Shown here piece by piece: positions 15,376 through 20,000 of a stretch of 20,000 bases of DNA; the first letter of the stretch is position 1; each line of letters opens with the position of its first letter. Source of the DNA: an uncultured virus (IMG/VR IMGVR_UViG_3300025916_000011). Taxonomy: Duplodnaviria; Heunggongvirae; Uroviricota; Caudoviricetes. Below the pieces are notes generated by a model. It was not told the origin of the DNA. It worked only from the letters and a program-made list of their open reading frames with translations, and searched no databases. The translations under genes were made by a program, and so were the position numbers. The DNA lies in IMG/VR virus record IMGVR_UViG_3300025916_000011. One strand, given 5' to 3'.

Positions 15376-15615
15376 AAGATTCCTATTGCACGCACTTTGC
15401 GCCATGAAGTACTATTCGGACATGGCTACCCATCAATTTGCCCATCCCGGCCAGCCCCGTCTCTTACCTGGGGAGTCTCATGTCTGCCGCTTTCTCCCAG
15501 TAGTAGAAGTTTCGTTCGATCCGACCAACGTCCATGGCTTGCGTGACGACGAATCTGACTTCGCTTTCGCCTGTGCGTGCGGTAAAGTTGTCGATGTGTC
15601 TGTGAGAAGGGCATC

Positions 15616-16059
15616 CTAGAGCACCCCCATCTGTCTGAGATGTAGTACCACGCGCTCGGTGGAGTTCGCGACAATGTAGCTGTGGCCTTGAGCGTGAACG
15701 TGGTCCTCAAAACTCTTCTGCTCTGGAGACTGCTTCCCGTTCGCAGACTTGCACTCTATCCATAGAGGTACGATCCCGCCGTAATATCTTGGGTTCGTCG
15801 GCAGATTCTCGCCGTTGGCATGAAAGTCTCGTTGGCGGATCGGGAGCACGATGAATGCCAAGATGTCGGCAGCCCCTGCTCCGAGAGAATGCGCCCGAAA
15901 GAATCGCTTACCGACTTTCATTGCGGCAGTGTTCAGCCGAAACGCAAAGAGGTTATGCGCTGTCAGCAGTTCCATGATGGCTTTCTGAATCTGAGCTTCA
16001 GAGCCAGCCTTCTTGCCGTAGAGCGCACGGTTGATCTCGGATTGTGTAGCAGGTTTCAT
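15616..16059 (-). CDS. VRR-NUC domain (PD-(D/E)xK) nuclease / resolvase-like
   Basis: SEAQIQKAI...GAADIL...WIECKSANGKQSPEQKSF...YIVANS. Confidence 0.88.
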   Translation of the reverse strand: MKPATQSEINRALYGKKAGSEAQIQKAIMELLTAHNLFAFRLNTAAMKVGKRFFRAHSLGAGAADILAFIVLPIRQRDFHANGENLPTNPRYYGGIVPLWIECKSANGKQSPEQKSFEDHVHAQGHSYIVANSTERVVLHLRQMGVL

Positions 16060-16217
16060 AGGCTCTTGATGTGATCGTCCAGTTCCTTTAGGTCCAGCAC
16101 GACTTGGCGGAACTGCAGTTTGGCGAGATCAGCGTGAGACAGGGTAAGCAATCCCAATGCTTCCTTCGCCAGCTTTGCGGCCAACAGCGCCGTCTTGATC
16201 TTCTGCTCTGGTTTCAC
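16056..16217 (-). CDS. Small helical hypothetical protein (53 aa; not in ORF track)
   Basis: MKPEQKIKTALLAAKLAKEAL...DDHIKSL*; AGGAG SD, GTGA and ATGA overlaps with neighbours. Confidence 0.7.
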   Translation of the reverse strand: MKPEQKIKTALLAAKLAKEALGLLTLSHADLAKLQFRQVVLDLKELDDHIKSL

Positions 16218-16369
16218 TTCGCGCTCCTGCCTCTCGGCTTATTCTTCCAGCGTCCAATCCGCTTTAGTTCCTCGCGAAGCACTTTGAAAAACCTACTTCG
16301 CGGGGTACTGAAACGTACTAGTCTGCGTAACTGCTCCTCGTCAAAATCCATTCCCCAACGTCTGCCCAT
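16214..16369 (-). CDS. Small basic hypothetical protein (45-51 aa; not in ORF track)
   Basis: MGRRWGMDFDEEQLRRLVRFSTPRSRFFKVLREELKRIGRWKNKPRGRSAK*; coupled to the downstream gene. Confidence 0.6.
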   Translation of the reverse strand: MGRRWGMDFDEEQLRRLVRFSTPRSRFFKVLREELKRIGRWKNKPRGRSAK

Positions 16370-16376
16370 TCGTCTA

Positions 16377-16475
16377 TTAGCCTTAGGCTAACCGTCATTC
16401 ATGTTCCCGCCGGAACACTTTTCACAAACTCAGGAGCGCCAGCGGTCCAGTTCCAGCAACTCCTGAGTTCCCGCC
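16377..16475 (-). promoter_or_regulatory. Structured intergenic region with three inverted repeats
   Basis: AACTCAGGAG/CTCCTGAGTT (16427-16469), TGTTCC/GGAACA (16402-16417), TTAGCC/GGCTAA (16377-16391), direct repeat GTTCCCGCC (16403, 16467). Confidence 0.55.
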
Positions 16476-16485
16476 CCGACAGCGC

Positions 16486-16725
16486 TTAGGAGGCGGCTGC
16501 TTGCCGTTCTGCCGGAGGAGCTTGTTGTTTTGCACCCGTATGTTGCGGACGGATATGCGTCTGGAAGTGACGCCCGATGGATTCCGCAGCCATCAGCGCT
16601 TTGTGTTCTTCTTCCGAGACGCCTTTGTAGAGATACTCTCCGCCGCGCGTGAAGCGAATGCGGAGTTCGTTGGTCGCTGGATCGTAGCCGACGTGTGAGA
16701 TGGTGCTGGATTTAACTTCCTGCAT
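16486..16725 (-). CDS. KTSC domain protein
   Basis: VKSSTISHVGYDPATNELRIRFTRGGEYLYKGVS...LMAAESIGRHFQTHIR; SD GGGAGG. Confidence 0.93.
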   Translation of the reverse strand: MQEVKSSTISHVGYDPATNELRIRFTRGGEYLYKGVSEEEHKALMAAESIGRHFQTHIRPQHTGAKQQAPPAERQAAAS

Positions 16726-16738
16726 GACCTGCCTCCCT

Positions 16739-17014
16739 TCAGAATGCGTTTACGGCGTCGATTGCGTCAGAACCCTCTGGAACCTCTGGTGGTGCCGGGG
16801 GTTCTGGGATTGGTGCCGGGGGAGCGATCGTGGCCGCCTCGCGCTCTGCTGTCCTGCGGCGTGCCTCGCCCGGATGGTCGCTATGGTGTTTAGCTGCTTC
16901 GCTGATGATGGTGTATGCAGCACCAGCGGCGAGAGAATTCTTTCCGACCAGCTGATCGCAGTCGTCGATCAGCCGGAGTAACACATTGCATTCGTCCGAG
17001 TCTCGTAAATACAT
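16739..17014 (-). CDS. Hypothetical protein (91 aa, Pro-rich C-terminus)
   Basis: SD GGAGG; fits the operon. Confidence 0.7.
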   Translation of the reverse strand: MYLRDSDECNVLLRLIDDCDQLVGKNSLAAGAAYTIISEAAKHHSDHPGEARRRTAEREAATIAPPAPIPEPPAPPEVPEGSDAIDAVNAF

Positions 17015-17032
17015 TGACTACCCTCCACCTTC

Positions 17033-17053
17033 AAAATCAGGCTTGTTGGCCTG
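17033..17053 (-). terminator. Weak intrinsic terminator candidate after the Gp157 gene
   Basis: CAGGC-CAACAA-GCCTG followed by ATTTT on the - strand. Confidence 0.25.
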
Positions 17054-17055
17054 TC

Positions 17056-17571
17056 TTACTTGATTCGCAGATACCTCGTGCCCGGCTTCTCGCTAACGAC
17101 AACTTGGTCCGGAATTGGCAACGACGCTTCGTAGGCTGCCTTTAGCGCTTTCTTGTCCAGTTCTGGGTCACTCATCCGTAGGTATTCGAGCGGAACGTTG
17201 TGAATGTCGGCGCCTGGCGGAAGTTCGAAGCTGGTCGTTGCTGCAGAAGTCTGGCCCCAGATCGTGAACTTCGCCGTCTTGATTCGTCCGCCAAAGCCTT
17301 CGTCGACTGCGAACAGCATCAGTCCCTTCAGGTGCTTCGCGCCGTTCTCTAGGCCCGCCGCGCGCTTCAGCAGCCGCTCCGCTTCGGTTCGGCAAACCTC
17401 GGCGTCATCCTCAAGGGATAGAACCACCATAGCCGCCGACTCGACCTTCTCCTTACTCTCGCGGAGAAAGCCGGCTATGCGCTGCTCGATCTCGGGGGTT
17501 AATTCCCCGCAAGTATCGGCCAGCACGGTTTCAATTTCGTTCGCTTCGATGGGAATGTCGTAGAGTTTCAT
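17056..17571 (-). CDS. Siphovirus Gp157-family protein (171 aa)
   Basis: MKLYDI...GELTPEIE...KEKVE...EAERL...IKTAKFTI...PELDKKALK...LRIK; typical position after an SSAP; real start 17571. Confidence 0.88.
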   Translation of the reverse strand: MKLYDIPIEANEIETVLADTCGELTPEIEQRIAGFLRESKEKVESAAMVVLSLEDDAEVCRTEAERLLKRAAGLENGAKHLKGLMLFAVDEGFGGRIKTAKFTIWGQTSAATTSFELPPGADIHNVPLEYLRMSDPELDKKALKAAYEASLPIPDQVVVSEKPGTRYLRIK

Positions 17572-17575
17572 TGGG

Positions 17576-18346
17576 TTACTCCATTGCCCATTTGAGGGCT
17601 TCGGGGAAATCTTTCTTGGGCATCTCGTCCAGCGTCTCCAGCCCGATGGTGCCGAGATAGTCGGTGACCTGCTGCTGCGTCTTGTTGGCCTTTTTCGCGG
17701 CAGACAGGAAGGCATTCTTCTGGAAGGGAAGGATTGAGCCAACTGGAATAGCTGGCTTATCCTCGCTCTTTGGCGGTCGCGGGGGGTACTGAGGCGTGAC
17801 CGGTGCCGCTGCTGCTGGCTGCGCGGCACGGGCTGGCCTGTGGACTTCCTGCTCTGTGTTGGAGTCCTCGGGATCGTCCGCGCGATCGGGAACCAGACCC
17901 AAGCCTCGGAGGAAGTACTTGATAGCTCCGGTCTTTGCTTTGTAGATGGCCTTGTCGAAAGTATCCCGGCCCACACCATAGGCCGACTGGGAGATTTCCG
18001 CCGTGTCGTCCTTTAGGGTGAACTTGATCTTTAGGCGGCACTCCTGCATCGTTCCGCCAGCATTGGTCTCGTAGTCGCAAAACTCGGCGGACTCTTCGTG
18101 CTGCAGAAGGATCACGCCCCGTTCAAACAGTTCATGGCGGAACGCTGCTGCCACGTCTGCGGCCATCACATAGGAGTAATTCTGCTTCTGGTTGCGGCCT
18201 TTCTTCTCGATGCCGCCGACTGCGTTGCAGGCTTCGGCAATCTTCTGTACTAGGGTGGTGGCGGTAGACCTAGCCGCCGTGCCTTCAGAGTTGGTAGGTG
18301 CTTTTCTGGGTGTCATAACAGTGGGTTCAACGGTTGCAGTTGCCAT
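17576..18346 (-). CDS. erf: ERF-family single-strand annealing recombinase
   Basis: IEKKGRNQKQNYSYV...GVGRDTFDKAIYKAKTGAIKYFL...DDPE; SD AGGAGG. Confidence 0.9.
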   Translation of the reverse strand: MATATVEPTVMTPRKAPTNSEGTAARSTATTLVQKIAEACNAVGGIEKKGRNQKQNYSYVMAADVAAAFRHELFERGVILLQHEESAEFCDYETNAGGTMQECRLKIKFTLKDDTAEISQSAYGVGRDTFDKAIYKAKTGAIKYFLRGLGLVPDRADDPEDSNTEQEVHRPARAAQPAAAAPVTPQYPPRPPKSEDKPAIPVGSILPFQKNAFLSAAKKANKTQQQVTDYLGTIGLETLDEMPKKDFPEALKWAME

Positions 18347-18382
18347 ATGCGGCCTCCTAAGCCGATTGGGAATTTGTAAAAA

Positions 18383-18607
18383 CTAGTCCGAACCTTCAGC
18401 GTCGTGCGCTTCCTGGCCTCCGGTAATTGCGTAGAAATACTGACGCCCGAAACACTTCTTGCAAAATGCTACGGTCGACCGTTGCGGATGATCAGGAAAC
18501 TCTGAGAGCGGGATAGCCTGTGCTTTCGGCACGACTTCTCCGCAGATGGCTTCGAGATCCTTCCCATTGGGAATCGGATCAATCGAGATAATTAAATGCA
18601 CTTTCAC
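18383..18607 (-). CDS. Small putative Zn-finger protein (74 aa)
   Basis: GTG 18607 after GGAGG, overlapping the upstream TGA; H...AICG...CKKC. Confidence 0.65.
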   Translation of the reverse strand: MKVHLIISIDPIPNGKDLEAICGEVVPKAQAIPLSEFPDHPQRSTVAFCKKCFGRQYFYAITGGQEAHDAEGSD

Positions 18608-18867
18608 GCTACCCTCCCCGGCCGCTTCTTCGCGGGTCGTTGCAAATTGAACTGAGTAATCCATCTCCGCAGGGAATTGCGATGCGTCCCCAATCGGCGC
18701 GCGGCGTGCGACAAATTCCAGTCTTCGACGGTCAACGCTTCGCGGACTATTTCCTTCTTAAGTAACGCCAGCATGACCTCGTGGTGAATGTTCTCCGAAA
18801 CAGCGTGCTCCGCGAGACGAAGCAGACAAGTAACCCTCTGCGTGACCTGTTCGCTCTGTTTAAGCAT
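18604..18867 (-). CDS. Fis-family (HTH_8) DNA-binding protein (87 aa)
   Basis: EIVREALTVEDWNLSHAARRLGTHRNSLRRWI is the Fis/NtrC C-terminal HTH pattern. Confidence 0.85.
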   Translation of the reverse strand: MLKQSEQVTQRVTCLLRLAEHAVSENIHHEVMLALLKKEIVREALTVEDWNLSHAARRLGTHRNSLRRWITQFNLQRPAKKRPGRVA

Positions 18868-19036
18868 CGAAGACCACCCCGTTCTCCACTTCTCTATCCA
18901 GCACGACACCCAGGTTGAGCAGGGAGGGCGAGGCGCATGCTGGACAGAGAGTGGAGGTTGCGTTGCTGACCATGCTGCACTCTGCACACAGCACGGCTTG
19001 CGACAGGGGGAGCAACACAAGCTTGTCGGTTGTCAC
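18860..19036 (-). CDS. Small Zn-ribbon protein (58 aa)
   Basis: GTG 19036 after GGAGG; AVLCAEC...CPACASPSLLNL. Confidence 0.75.
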   Translation of the reverse strand: MTTDKLVLLPLSQAVLCAECSMVSNATSTLCPACASPSLLNLGVVLDREVENGVVFDA

Positions 19037-19242
19037 AATGACCCTCCGAGGAAATGCGTTTTCATCGAAACTCTCCACAACTCTTTCCCTAACCCATTGG
19101 GCTTACCTCGTGCCCGTTCCCGATTCGCTCTGTACATGACCTTTTTGCACTGAATGCAGATCGGGTTACGATTCCTCTTGACCTCTGACGGAGGAAAGAG
19201 AAACGGTGCTTTGTCCGCTCCGCAGGGGCCATGGCAGGTCAC
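19033..19242 (-). CDS. Small Zn-finger protein (69 aa)
   Basis: GTGA overlap; CHGPC...FPPSE...CIQC. Confidence 0.65.
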   Translation of the reverse strand: MTCHGPCGADKAPFLFPPSEVKRNRNPICIQCKKVMYRANRERARGKPNGLGKELWRVSMKTHFLGGSL

Positions 19243-19457
19243 CAGGGCAACCTCGGCATGAAATAGAGAGCCACTCCGCACAGCGCAATCAGAGCAAGTC
19301 CAACGAGGACGAACTTGGCTTCGTACCTGAGAGAGAAGGGAACTGGCTCCTGCTCTGTCATCTCCTGCATCTCAGCCATGTCTGCTAAGCGGTCGTCTTC
19401 AAAGTTTCGTTTCGGCATGATCAGCACCTTCTTTTCGCAATTCAAGGCAACACTCAT
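19239..19457 (-). CDS. Small membrane protein
   Basis: C-terminal hydrophobic helix FVLVGLALIALCGVALYFM; ATGA overlap. Confidence 0.7.
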   Translation of the reverse strand: MSVALNCEKKVLIMPKRNFEDDRLADMAEMQEMTEQEPVPFSLRYEAKFVLVGLALIALCGVALYFMPRLPW

Positions 19458-20000
19458 TTTTTGGCCTCAATCTTTTTTCCATTAACATCTACTTCCCACG
19501 TAGGTGCGCATACTCTGGGAGCTTTGATCTTTGTGGGGTAGTTAGGGTCTTTGTGGACCACGATTTCCGACACTTTTACGGGGCAGGCTACGAATTTCTT
19601 CCCCTCGGCGTCGAACTGGTAGCACATGCATGGTATCGGGCAGAAGTGGAGTCCTCCGCCACACTCAGCGGTACCGCCATCCCAGTCATCAGCCTTTGGC
19701 ATTGTGCCCGGTTCGTAGGACGTTCCGTGCTGGCTTTTCCAGTCGGCGCGGACGATCTTGTAGAGAATCGCGACGCCCTTCTCGGGAACGACGCCGTAGT
19801 TAGCGAGCCAATGCTTGGCCGTTCGCGGGCCTTTGTACTTAATCTGTACTCCGCCGGTCACTTTGGCTTTACCTGTGACCGTAACCGCTACTTGCTTCGA
19901 AGCCGTGACCTGCGAAGAGTCGCAAGCCGTGACCTGCGAAGAGCCGCAAGCCGTGACCTGCGAAGAGCCGCAAGCCGTGACCTGCGAAGAGTCGCAAGCC
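19454..20000 (-). CDS. DUF7666-like protein with N-terminal octapeptide repeats, 5'-partial
   Basis: Frame is open to the window end; repeats AC(D/G)SSQVT then LYKIV...YEPG...DWD...ECGGGLHF...KIKAP. Confidence 0.85.
   Translation of the reverse strand, partial: ACDSSQVTACGSSQVTACGSSQVTACDSSQVTASKQVAVTVTGKAKVTGGVQIKYKGPRTAKHWLANYGVVPEKGVAILYKIVRADWKSQHGTSYEPGTMPKADDWDGGTAECGGGLHFCPIPCMCYQFDAEGKKFVACPVKVSEIVVHKDPNYPTKIKAPRVCAPTWEVDVNGKKIEAKK
19901..20000. repeat. 24-bp coding tandem repeat (at least 4 units, truncated by window)
   Basis: AGCCGTGACCTGCGAAGAG(T/C)CGCA contiguous units with no spacers. Confidence 0.95.

Larger units (their letters stand above)
1..20000. mobile_element. Temperate bacteriophage genome segment (virion protein, terminase, attP/integrase, early accessory operon)
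   Basis: Terminase, tyrosine integrase, ERF, Gp157, VRR-NUC, HNH and orphan MTase are present; no host housekeeping genes; phage genes on both sides of the candidate att site. Confidence 0.95.

Noticed and set aside
15426..15614. ORF MPFSQTHRQ... between VRR-NUC and HNH
   Set aside because: Arg-rich, shadow-like composition; an alternative frame looks more protein-like but lacks a start. No call is supportable.
19901..20000. 24-bp repeats as a CRISPR array
   Set aside because: Units are contiguous with no spacers and encode an in-frame octapeptide repeat.

Overview
The whole window is temperate bacteriophage DNA. The host is probably Acidobacteriota-like, inferred only from protein style. 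Left part (+ strand): the 3' ~5 kb of a giant virion/ejection-type protein, then terminase small and large subunits. TerL appears to start at a CTG codon, and no portal gene follows it. Middle: two convergent putative DNA-binding genes, a candidate intact attP and a tyrosine integrase (- strand). Right part (- strand): a tightly coupled early/accessory operon with ERF recombinase, Gp157, KTSC, VRR-NUC, HNH, a Fis-like HTH protein, two DUF7666-like repeat proteins, an amino-methyltransferase followed by a C5-methyltransferase relic, a Tad1/Acb2-family anti-defence protein and many small Cys-rich ORFs. Most notable: (1) four copies of a ~48-bp tripartite element at gene junctions next to the integrase, whose left and right halves occur in all 2x2 combinations, suggesting a cassette-shuffling or regulatory system; (2) exact 16-28 bp junction repeats between accessory genes; (3) protein-like overprinted ORFs inside the giant virion gene; (4) a hidden leaderless membrane micro-gene. 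Family assignments come from motif recognition, not database searches.
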